Shown here piece by piece: positions 1 through 9,965 of a DNA stretch of 32,000 nucleotides. The notes under the pieces are model-generated. The model was given only the letters and a program-made list of their open reading frames with translations, did not search any database and was not told the origin of the DNA. This DNA is from Schaalia odontolytica (GTDB taxonomy: Bacteria; Actinomycetota; Actinomycetes; Actinomycetales; Actinomycetaceae): assembly GCF_005696695.1 (NCBI RefSeq), contig NZ_CP040006.1:1890001-1922000 (forward strand), given 5' to 3'. A program made the position numbers and the translations under genes. Numbering within the stretch: the first letter of the stretch is position 1; each line of letters starts with the position of its first letter.

Positions 1-2069
1 GCGGGGGACGCGGACGGGGCTGCGCTCGGTGAGGGGGCCACGCTGGGGGCGGCGGACGGCTCAGTGCTCGGCGTCGGGGCCGGGGCGTCCCCACCGAGCA
101 GGGTGAGCCCGATGAGCTCGGGGTTGTGGTCCGAGGATCGGTAGGGGTTGTCGGCCTCGATCGCCAAGTGGGCGTTCATGCCGGCCCTCGAGTATTCGAA
201 GGCGATGGACTCCTGGGCGTTGACGGCCCAGCTGGTCACCCCCGCGAGGAGTGGCTTCGCGGCCGCGTTGGCGAAAACGTGGTCGAGGGATCCGGAGCGT
301 CCCGCGTAGACGTAGGAGGCCTCGCCCGCGCCGGAGACGCGCTCCCAGCCCGCAGCCTCGAGGGCCTTGATCGGGTCCTCCTGCGAGTAGGAGTTGAAGT
401 CGCCCACGAGCAGGGTCGGCTTGTCCGCAAAGCGGGCGGCGAAGGAGGCCAGGGCGCCCGCCTGGGCGACTCGGATCGCGTTCGCATTGCCCTGACCGTC
501 CCCGCTATCAACATTGCCGGCAGGAGCGCCCTCGGGCACGGATCCCTTCGACTTGAAGTGATTGGCGATGACGACGAAGGAGGCGGGCGCGGATCGCTCG
601 GCGGTGACGCGCGCGAACTCTTGGGCGAGAGGCTGGCGCGCCAGGCCCGTGAACGCCGGGTCGTCGTGGATCAGCGAGGGGCCGACCGGGGCGACGGTCG
701 CGGGCTTGTAGATGAAGGCGACGCGGATGACGTCCTCGGCCTCGGGCACGGCAACGGGCGATGGCACGTACGCCCACGTTCCCGCTCCCGCGTCCTTGTT
801 GAGGGCCTCGACGAGGCGCGCGAGGGACGCGTCGCGGTCTGTCCCGACCCCCACGGCAACGGGGTTTTCGATCTCTTCGAGGGCGACGACGTCAGCGCCC
901 AGCGCGTTGATCGCGGAGACGATCTTGGCCTCCTGGTTGGCGAAGGCCTCGCGCGAGAATGCACCGCGCACCTTGCACTTCTTCGCCGTCACGAAGGCGC
1001 CCGTGCGGTCGGGATATCCCGTGCACCCGGCCTCGTCGACGCCGAGGTCGGAGAAGTAGTTGAGGACGTTGAACGTCGCCACGCGGGTGTCGCCACCGAC
1101 CGTGGGTGCGCTCGGACGCTCCCCGGTGATGGTCACGGGAGAGCGGTCGGGGTGCCCGGCGACCATGGAGGTCGGCTGGAAGACGAAGGACCCGTGCCGA
1201 GGCTCGAGGATCACGGGCTTGGTGAAGGCCGCGTGGTAGCCGACGCGCGCGGGCGAACCGTTCGCCAGGTAGGCGTAGGCGACCTCGGTCGCCGCTCCCT
1301 TCTGCAGGTTCGTATTGGTGCCGTCGTCAAGGGCGATGGCGCGGGCGGCGTTGGCAGCCTCGTAGTCGCGGGCGGCCTGCCCGGGAGCCACCACGTCGGT
1401 GGCCGAGCGCAGCGGGCTCTCACCCGGGGTGAGGGTCAGGGTGCCGTACTGGTTTGTCTGGTAGTTGTCGGTGATGGTCCACGTGCCCTGGGGGGCGAGG
1501 AGCATGGACTCGAGGGCCTCCGCCTCGTCCGGCGTGGGGACGTTGGACGCCGGGATGGGCGTCGGCGCCTGGCATCCCTCGACCACGCTGACGGAGGTCA
1601 CGGCGAGCTGGGTGAGGCTCTGGGGGTTGTCCTTCGCGCTCGTCGCGGGGAACTCACCGACCGTGCCGGTCACGCGCACGCAGGTGCCCGGGGCCGGGAT
1701 CTCGCCTTTCTTGCCCGCGTAGACGAAGAGGCCGTCGGAGCGTGTGCGCCCCGGCTCCCACGCGCCGCCCGATCCGGGGGTCTGGATCGTGTAGCCGTCC
1801 AGGGTCGCGCCCAGCCCGGACTCGGCGGCCGGGTACGCGGCCGTCACGACCCCGAGAGTCGTCACGGTGGTCCCCACCATCGTGGAATCATCCCCCTCTC
1901 CCACGGCCTGGATGTCGGGGATCGGAGTATCGACGAGGCCGGGGCTGGCCTCACCCGATTGCGCGGAACCGGACTGGGATGCCTCGTTCGCCCATGCGGC
2001 AGGCACAAGCCCAATCGCGGACAGCGCGAGCGCGCCGAATACAGCTAGTGATCGTGTCCCGCACTTCAT
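1..2069 (-). CDS. Secreted ExeM/NucH-family extracellular endonuclease (endonuclease/exonuclease/phosphatase fold); 3' end runs off the window
   Basis: Absent from the ORF track because this minus frame has no stop inside the window. Read by hand from ATG 2069..2067 (GAGAGGA 7 nt upstream), it stays open to position 1. The N-terminus MKCGTRSLAVFGALALSAIGLVPAAWANEA looks like a Sec signal peptide. Motifs VATFNVLNYF, DVVALEEIEN, LLVGDFNSYSQEDP, GSLDHVF and YRSSDHNPELIGL fit the EEP nuclease fold. The last residues in the window are a Pro/Ser/Ala-rich linker (PAPTPSTEPSAAPSVAPSPSAAPSASP). Confidence 0.8.
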   Translation of the reverse strand, partial: MKCGTRSLAVFGALALSAIGLVPAAWANEASQSGSAQSGEASPGLVDTPIPDIQAVGEGDDSTMVGTTVTTLGVVTAAYPAAESGLGATLDGYTIQTPGSGGAWEPGRTRSDGLFVYAGKKGEIPAPGTCVRVTGTVGEFPATSAKDNPQSLTQLAVTSVSVVEGCQAPTPIPASNVPTPDEAEALESMLLAPQGTWTITDNYQTNQYGTLTLTPGESPLRSATDVVAPGQAARDYEAANAARAIALDDGTNTNLQKGAATEVAYAYLANGSPARVGYHAAFTKPVILEPRHGSFVFQPTSMVAGHPDRSPVTITGERPSAPTVGGDTRVATFNVLNYFSDLGVDEAGCTGYPDRTGAFVTAKKCKVRGAFSREAFANQEAKIVSAINALGADVVALEEIENPVAVGVGTDRDASLARLVEALNKDAGAGTWAYVPSPVAVPEAEDVIRVAFIYKPATVAPVGPSLIHDDPAFTGLARQPLAQEFARVTAERSAPASFVVIANHFKSKGSVPEGAPAGNVDSGDGQGNANAIRVAQAGALASFAARFADKPTLLVGDFNSYSQEDPIKALEAAGWERVSGAGEASYVYAGRSGSLDHVFANAAAKPLLAGVTSWAVNAQESIAFEYSRAGMNAHLAIEADNPYRSSDHNPELIGLTLLGGDAPAPTPSTEPSAAPSVAPSPSAAPSASP

Positions 2070-2194
2070 CGGGATGTCCTCTCAACCTCACCTCACCGTG
2101 AGGGGCCGACGAGCCCCGTGCCGCAGGCGTCTTTACCAACGGCAACACGAGTTATGACAAGTGTAGCCTCACGCACAAACGTGCGGAAGCGATT

Positions 2195-2206
2195 GAGAAT
2201 ATTCTC
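2195..2206. promoter_or_regulatory. Perfect 12-bp palindrome GAGAATATTCTC in an AT-rich patch upstream of the nuclease gene (candidate operator)
   Basis: Read directly: GAGAATATTCTC at 2195..2206, about 126 bp upstream of the nuclease ATG, inside a locally AT-rich stretch (gattgagaatattctcgaaaatacaagg) of an otherwise GC-rich spacer. A small hairpin CGCAC-AAAC-GTGCG lies at 2172..2185. Confidence 0.3.
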
Positions 2207-2346
2207 GAAAATACAAGGCGCAAGCGGGCGGGCGTGCACCCGCGAGCGCGCGGGCACCCCGGCCTCGTCAAACTCAGCCCGGCGTCGTTACGGGCCGTTG
2301 CTTCGTCGCGCTCAGCCCAGGCCTCGTCACGCTCAGTGAGCGCGAG

Positions 2347-3471
2347 TCAGGACGCCGAGTACGGGGAGACGACCACCTGGGCGCGCTGCAGGTCCTTGAC
2401 CTCCGAGTATCCCGTCGAGGCCATGGTCCGCTTGAGGGCGCCCACGAAGTTCAGGGAGCCGTCCGCGCGCGTCGAGGGGCCGTAGAGGATCTGCTCGAGC
2501 GTGCCCGTCGTGCCGACGTGAACGCGCTGGCCGCGCGGCATGTCCGGGTGGGTCGCCTCCGAGCCCCAGTGCCAGCCACGTCCCGGAGCCTCCTCCGCGC
2601 GGGCGATGGCGGCGCCGAGCATGACCGCGTCCGCGCCGCACGCGATCGCGCGCGACAGGTCGCCGCTGCGGCCGATGCCGCCGTCGGCGATGACGTGCAC
2701 GTAGCGGCCGCCGGACTCGTCCATATAGTCGCGCCGGGCCGCGGCCACGTCCGCGATCGCCGTCGCCATGGGCGCGTGCACGCCCAGGGACTGGCGCGTC
2801 GAGTGAGCCGCTCCCCCACCGAAGCCAACGAGGACGCCCGCCGCGCCCGTGCGCATCAGGTGCAGGGCCGCCGTGTCCGTGCAGACGCCGCCCACGATGA
2901 CGGGGACGTCCAGCTCGTAGATGAAGCGCTTCAGGTTGAGGGGCTCGCGGCGCGAGGACACGTGCTCGGCGGACACCGTCGAGCCGCGAATGATGAATAG
3001 ATCGACGCCCGCGTCCACAACCGCGCGCCAGTACTTCTGCACGCGCTGAGGCGAGAGCTTTCCGGCAACAACCACGCCGGCCTCGCGCAGCTGCTTGAGG
3101 CGCTCCGTGATCAGCGAGGGCTTGATCGGCTCGGAGTAGACGCGCTGGAGGGTGGCGATTGACTCCTCCTCACCCAGGTGAGCGATGTGGTCGAGGATCG
3201 GGGTGGGGTCCTCGTAGCGGGTCCACAGGCCGTCCAGGTCAAGCACGCCGATGCCGCCGAGGCGGCCGAAAGCGATCGCGGTCTCCGGACTCATCACCGA
3301 GTCCATCGGGGCCGCCATCAGGGGGATATCGACGTGGTAGGCGTCGATCTGCCAGCCGACGTTGACATCCTCGGGGTCACGGGTGCGCCGCGAGGGCACG
3401 AGGGCGATATCGTCCAGCGTGTAGGCGCGGCGTCCGCGCTTGCCACGACCGATTTCCACTTCGTCGCTCAT
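2347..3471 (-). CDS. guaB3: GuaB3-family IMP dehydrogenase-related protein (no CBS domains)
   Basis: 374-aa ORF. N-terminus MSDEVEIGRGKRGRRAYTLDDIALVPSRRTRDPEDV and TIM-barrel motifs (GGIGVLDLDG, VIVGGV, VIADGGIGRSGD, GADAVMLG) are typical of actinobacterial GuaB3. Confidence 0.9.
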   Translation of the reverse strand: MSDEVEIGRGKRGRRAYTLDDIALVPSRRTRDPEDVNVGWQIDAYHVDIPLMAAPMDSVMSPETAIAFGRLGGIGVLDLDGLWTRYEDPTPILDHIAHLGEEESIATLQRVYSEPIKPSLITERLKQLREAGVVVAGKLSPQRVQKYWRAVVDAGVDLFIIRGSTVSAEHVSSRREPLNLKRFIYELDVPVIVGGVCTDTAALHLMRTGAAGVLVGFGGGAAHSTRQSLGVHAPMATAIADVAAARRDYMDESGGRYVHVIADGGIGRSGDLSRAIACGADAVMLGAAIARAEEAPGRGWHWGSEATHPDMPRGQRVHVGTTGTLEQILYGPSTRADGSLNFVGALKRTMASTGYSEVKDLQRAQVVVSPYSAS

Positions 3472-3477
3472 GACCCG

Positions 3478-3483
3478 ATTCTA
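3478..3483 (-). promoter_or_regulatory. Candidate -10 hexamer TAGAAT placed for a leaderless guaB3 transcript
   Basis: The minus strand reads TAGAAT-cgggtc-ATG. The hexamer ends 6 nt before the ATG and there is no Shine-Dalgarno-like purine run in between. Confidence 0.4.
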
Positions 3484-3551
3484 CTGCCTACGGGACGCAG
3501 ATGTGCCCACCGTCTGCCACACTGGAGTCACCGGCAAGGCTAGGAGCAATC

Positions 3552-4304
3552 ATGAGCTGGATCGACGACCCGTGGATGGGTTTTGACACCGAGACGACGG
3601 GCGTGCGCGCGCTAAAGGATCGTCTCGTCACCGCCGCGCTGGTGCTGCGCATCGACGGCGCTTCCTACCGCAGCGGCATCAGCGCCCCCGACCAGGTGGC
3701 CACGTGGCTGACCGACCCGGGCGTCGAGATCCCCGAGCAGGCCACGGCCGTCCACGGCATCACGACCGAGCAGGCGCGACGCGATGGCCGCCCCATCGAG
3801 GAGGTTCTGCACGAGCTGGCTGGCTCCATCGTCGAGCACTGGCTGCGCGGCTACCCGGTGGTCGCCTTCAACGCGACCTACGACATCACGCTGGTCAACC
3901 AGGAGCTGCGCCGCCACCGCCTGGGTTCCTTCGAGGAACGCCTGGAGGGCGCGCCCATGCTCGTCGTCGACCCGCTCGTCCTGGATCGTAAGCTCGACCG
4001 CTTCCGCAAGGGCAAGAAGACGCTGACAGAGATGGCGCCCGTCTACGGGGCGGTCGCCTCCCCCGACGCTCACACGGCCGAGGTCGACGTGGCCATGACG
4101 CTCGACGTGCTCGCCGGCATGGTGGACAAGTACCCGCAGCTGGCGTCCATGAGCGCCCTGGAACTCATGGACTACCAGCTCCAGGCTCACCAGGATTGGG
4201 CCGAGGACTTCGAGAAGTACCTGCGCAAGCAGGGCAAGGACGCGAACATCGATCGCGAGTGGCCACAGATCACGCCGCGAGGCCGCGGAGACGACCAGGA
4301 GTAA
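3552..4304 (+). CDS. DEDDh-type 3'-5' exonuclease (DnaQ/epsilon-like domain protein)
   Basis: Track ORF 3501..4304. I moved the start to ATG 3552 (AGGAG 5 nt upstream). Exo motifs: GFDTETTG, VAFNATYDITLV, HTAEVDVAMT (H-x4-D). Confidence 0.8.
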   Translation: MSWIDDPWMGFDTETTGVRALKDRLVTAALVLRIDGASYRSGISAPDQVATWLTDPGVEIPEQATAVHGITTEQARRDGRPIEEVLHELAGSIVEHWLRGYPVVAFNATYDITLVNQELRRHRLGSFEERLEGAPMLVVDPLVLDRKLDRFRKGKKTLTEMAPVYGAVASPDAHTAEVDVAMTLDVLAGMVDKYPQLASMSALELMDYQLQAHQDWAEDFEKYLRKQGKDANIDREWPQITPRGRGDDQE

Positions 4305-4316
4305 GAACGCTTCGGG

Positions 4317-4347
4317 CGGGGGTCGGGCGCCGGCCCCCGTTTTCGTT
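4317..4347 (+). terminator. Intrinsic terminator after the exonuclease gene
   Basis: CGGGGGTCGG-gcg-CCGGCCCCCG forms a 10-bp stem (one G-U pair) with a 3-nt loop, followed by TTTTCGTT. It starts 13 nt after the stop codon. Confidence 0.65.
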
Positions 4348-4510
4348 GCCTCTCGGATGCCACCAGCGGGGAGGGCGCCGGCGGGGCCGCGGGGCCTGGC
4401 CGGGCTTCGAGCCGACGCGCCGAGCGAAGCTCGCGGCGCGGACGGCGAGCGGGCGGGCGGGCCCGACGGCGCCCGGAACACCGGTGGCGCAGCAGCAATG
4501 CGAGTATGGA

Positions 4511-4546
4511 AGAGGCCCGGAGGTGGAACACCACCCCCGGGCCTCT
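4511..4546 (-). terminator. Long hairpin downstream of the transaldolase-family gene (no U-tract)
   Basis: AGAGGCCCGG-A-GGTGG-aaca-CCACC-C-CCGGGCCTCT gives 15 paired positions around a tetraloop. It ends 10 nt downstream of the minus-strand stop at 4556. The tail is not U-rich on either strand. Confidence 0.55.
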
Positions 4547-4555
4547 ACACAAGGC

Positions 4556-5245
4556 TCATTTTTCCTTGATGAGGTCCAGCCACGTGCGGCGCTCGCCCAC
4601 GAGGAAGCCAAAGTCGCGGTTCTGGTCCGCGATGGCGGCGTCGGTCGCGGGGTTCTTGATGAGCGCGGCCAGCACGTCGGGGGCGGCGGTGATGGCACCC
4701 ACACCCTGGCGGACCAGTTCGAGGACCTGCTCGGAGTTCTTGAAGGACGCGGCCAGGACGTCGGCCTTCAGGTCGTAGGAACGCAGGGTACGGTGGATTT
4801 CGGAGGCGACGCGCACGCCGTCAATGCCGTAGTTGTCCATGCGGTTCACGTATGGGGCAACGTAGCGGGCACCGGCCTTGGCGGCCATGAAGCCCTGCAT
4901 CGAGGAGTGGATGCCGGTCGCGGTCACCTGCATGCCTTCGCGCACGATGCGCGGGATGGCGGCAAAGCCCTCACGCGTGACGGGGAGCTTAATGAAGAGG
5001 TTGCCGCCAATCTCGCCGCGCAGGGCGCGGGCCTCGGCGACCATGTCATCGGCACGCTGGGAGACGATCTGGACGTGCAGCTGAGCGCCGTCGGGCAGGA
5101 GCGACTTGATGGAGTGCAAGACCTCGAGGGGTTCCTTGCCCTCGCGGTACAGGATCGTCGGGTTGGTGGTCACGCCGTCGATGGGCAGGTATTCCAGGGT
5201 CTTGGCGATGGAATCGACGTTCGCGTGATCGATGAGGATGAGCAT
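4556..5245 (-). CDS. Transaldolase-family protein (fructose-6-phosphate aldolase / TalC-MipB type)
   Basis: 229 aa. Motifs DGVTTNPTIL, NLFIKLP (Schiff-base Lys context), YVAPYVNRMD. AAGGAG lies 8 nt upstream of the ATG. Confidence 0.85.
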   Translation of the reverse strand: MLILIDHANVDSIAKTLEYLPIDGVTTNPTILYREGKEPLEVLHSIKSLLPDGAQLHVQIVSQRADDMVAEARALRGEIGGNLFIKLPVTREGFAAIPRIVREGMQVTATGIHSSMQGFMAAKAGARYVAPYVNRMDNYGIDGVRVASEIHRTLRSYDLKADVLAASFKNSEQVLELVRQGVGAITAAPDVLAALIKNPATDAAIADQNRDFGFLVGERRTWLDLIKEK

Positions 5246-5296
5246 CTGAGCAGCTCCTTTGCGGTGTTGTGAGTTTTCGCACCCCTAGGATAGCGC

Positions 5297-5328
5297 GGGC
5301 GGGAGCAGCCCACCGACTGCTCCCGCCC
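5297..5328 (-). terminator. Hairpin terminator downstream of guaB
   Basis: Perfect 12-bp stem GGGCGGGAGCAG / CTGCTCCCGCCC with an 8-nt loop, 22 nt downstream of the guaB stop (5351). There is no clear U-tract. Confidence 0.55.
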
Positions 5329-5350
5329 ATTCCGAACGCTCTGTCTGCGA

Positions 5351-8249
<2,899 letters not shown>

Positions 8250-8365
8250 GACTGTTCTCCTGCCGGTACGTGCCTTCACGGTATCACCTGTCCAGGCACC
8301 GCGGGTGGAGGTGGGGGCCGCGTGCGCGCAGTTGAGGGCACAATTGCGAGTGAGCCGTCAAGGCG

Positions 8366-9286
8366 TCAGGAGCGGCCGACGAGCTCCAGGTCGGCCTGGG
8401 GCGCAAGGAGGGCGAGGGCTTCCTCGACGCAGGCGCTGATGGTGCGCACGCGCTGCACCTGGGGCGAGAGGATCTCGGGGGCGTCCGCTCCCACCATGAT
8501 CGTCGGCACTCCGTAGCGCGCGACGAGATTTTCTACCGTTTGCGCGCACTCGGGACCGCATCCGAGGACGACAGTGAGGGCGGGGACGCCTCCGCGCACG
8601 TACTCGCGGAAGCGTTCGGTGGTGCTGATGCCGCCGTAGTTTTCGCTGGAGAGCATGCGCACGTCGCAGCCGTACCAGGCCAGAGCGACGCCGATGACCT
8701 GGGCGGCGGTCTCGTGGAGCGAGTCGGAGATGATCGCGACGCGGTCCCCTCCGACGAGGGAGCGGGCCGGGCGAGACTGGTAGATGGAGCGGCACACGCG
8801 CTGGAAGGCGTTGACCAGCATGAGGGCGGGCGTGCTGCCGATGGGTTCGCCGCCCGGAGCGGAGCGCAGGGATTTGAGGGTCGGTTCGACGAATCGCGAC
8901 CACGTATGGACGAGGCCATGGCTGGCGACGGCCGCCTCGATCACTTCTTCGAGGCGTTGGTAGTCATCGGAGAGGGCGACGGAGCGCAGCTGGGCGGCGT
9001 TCGCTGGGCCTCGACGGGGCAGGAGCGTACTTTCTGCGAGGGCGCGCTTGGCGGCCTCGGCGGCGGACATGCCGGCGCGCACGTGGTGGATCATGGCGCG
9101 CAGACGGTCAACGTCCTCGGGCTGGTAGCGACGTCGCTCGCCAGTCTCACGCTGCGCGGGGCCGAGGCCGTAGCGTCGTTCCCAGGTGCGCAGGGTGGAG
9201 GGGGATACTCCCAGTTCATCGGAGACAGAGGACATGGTGCGGGAGCGGTCGGCGTGCGCCGACTGCGCCAGTATGGCTCGTGGCAT
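8366..9286 (-). CDS. MerR-family transcriptional regulator with a C-terminal Rossmann-like (B12-binding-like) module
   Basis: Track ORF 8366..9376. Start moved to ATG 9286 (GGAGGGA 6 nt upstream). MerR HTH: MSSVSDELGVSPSTLRTWERRYGL...RRYQPEDVDRLRAMIHHV. The C-terminal beta-alpha pattern is RVAIISDSLHETAAQVIGVALAWYGCDVRMLS...ALTVVLGCG...VPTIMVGADAP. Confidence 0.8.
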   Translation of the reverse strand: MPRAILAQSAHADRSRTMSSVSDELGVSPSTLRTWERRYGLGPAQRETGERRRYQPEDVDRLRAMIHHVRAGMSAAEAAKRALAESTLLPRRGPANAAQLRSVALSDDYQRLEEVIEAAVASHGLVHTWSRFVEPTLKSLRSAPGGEPIGSTPALMLVNAFQRVCRSIYQSRPARSLVGGDRVAIISDSLHETAAQVIGVALAWYGCDVRMLSSENYGGISTTERFREYVRGGVPALTVVLGCGPECAQTVENLVARYGVPTIMVGADAPEILSPQVQRVRTISACVEEALALLAPQADLELVGRS

Positions 9287-9524
9287 GTCCGCTCCCTCCG
9301 GTCCTTGTCCGTGCCTTGCTCTGATTCTTGCGTGTTCGCAGCGCGCACGCCACAGGAAGGGACATGTCACCCACATCCAAGTTGTTCAAAAAGTTATTCA
9401 TAATCTGTTCACTCTGCGCGCCATACGTTTCTCCACGTTTTCACAGCACGGGCACGCTCGATCTGAGAACTGGCTCATAATTCGAGAAAGATCCTTGAAT
9501 AACTACCGCACAAGTGTCTATTCT

Positions 9525-9555
9525 TGCCGACATCGTGTGCCGAAAATGTCGGCAC
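9525..9555 (+). promoter_or_regulatory. Inverted repeat / alternative hairpins just upstream of the whiB ribosome-binding site
   Basis: TGCCGACAT (9525..9533) pairs perfectly with ATGTCGGCA (9546..9554). The same right arm can instead pair as GTGCCGA (9537..9543) / TCGGCAC (9549..9555). The structure ends 10 nt before the GAAGGAGG RBS. Confidence 0.35.
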
Positions 9556-9578
9556 GACAGACATGAAGGAGGCACCCA

Positions 9579-9875
9579 ATGACTGACGTCTCCCGTCTGC
9601 CCGGACCCATGATCGACGCGTGGGAATGGCAGTACGAAGCGGCGTGCCGAGACCTGGACACCGAGCTGTTCTTCCACCCCGAGGGTGAGCGCGGCTCCAC
9701 GCGCCGACGCCGTGCAGCAAACGCTAAGGCAATCTGCGCGACCTGCCCGGTTATCGAGCAGTGCCGGTCTTACGCTCTGGCCGCTCAGGAGCCCTACGGC
9801 ATCTGGGGTGGAATGACTGAAGAAGAACGACGCGAAGAGATCCGCTCCTCCGGACGCGGTCGCCGCGTCTCCTAA
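9579..9875 (+). CDS. whiB: WhiB-family Fe-S transcription factor, WhiB3/WhiD-like
   Basis: 98 aa. GAAGGAGG lies 6 nt upstream. LPGPMIDAWEWQYEAACR...FFHPEGERG...AKAICATCPVIEQCRSYAL..EPYGIWGGMTEEER has four Cys plus the GIWGG turn. The N-terminal pattern matches M. tuberculosis WhiB3 as I recall it. Confidence 0.9.
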   Translation: MTDVSRLPGPMIDAWEWQYEAACRDLDTELFFHPEGERGSTRRRRAANAKAICATCPVIEQCRSYALAAQEPYGIWGGMTEEERREEIRSSGRGRRVS

Positions 9876-9892
9876 CGCGCATCCATTTTTCC

Positions 9893-9927
9893 GGTGCGGC
9901 ATCGCCACCGCGATGCCGCACCTTTTT
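9893..9927 (+). terminator. Canonical intrinsic terminator after whiB
   Basis: Perfect 12-bp stem GGTGCGGCATCG / CGATGCCGCACC with a 6-nt loop, followed directly by TTTTT. Confidence 0.8.
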
Positions 9928-9965
9928 ACTGCCCGCCACAACGCCCATCCTCTCCGGGAGCTCGC

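Noticed and set aside
126-2048. 640-aa plus-strand ORF covering the left end of the window
   Set aside because: It is antisense to a well-supported nuclease gene. Its composition is Gly/Arg/Val/Asp-rich with no recognisable motifs, which is the typical long antisense ORF of high-GC DNA.
9430-9445. CRP/GlxR-type site (TGTGA-N6-TCACA) around the TCACA pentamers at 9441, 28400 and 29506
   Set aside because: In every case only the TCACA half is present. The positions where TGTGA should lie read tctcc, gccat and tggct, so none is a credible full CRP site.
9563-9586. 7-codon mini-ORF (MKEAPND) overlapping the whiB RBS and start, as a possible uORF
   Set aside because: Its ATG lies inside the RBS region and has no RBS of its own. 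It is most likely a coincidence of the GAAGGAGG sequence.
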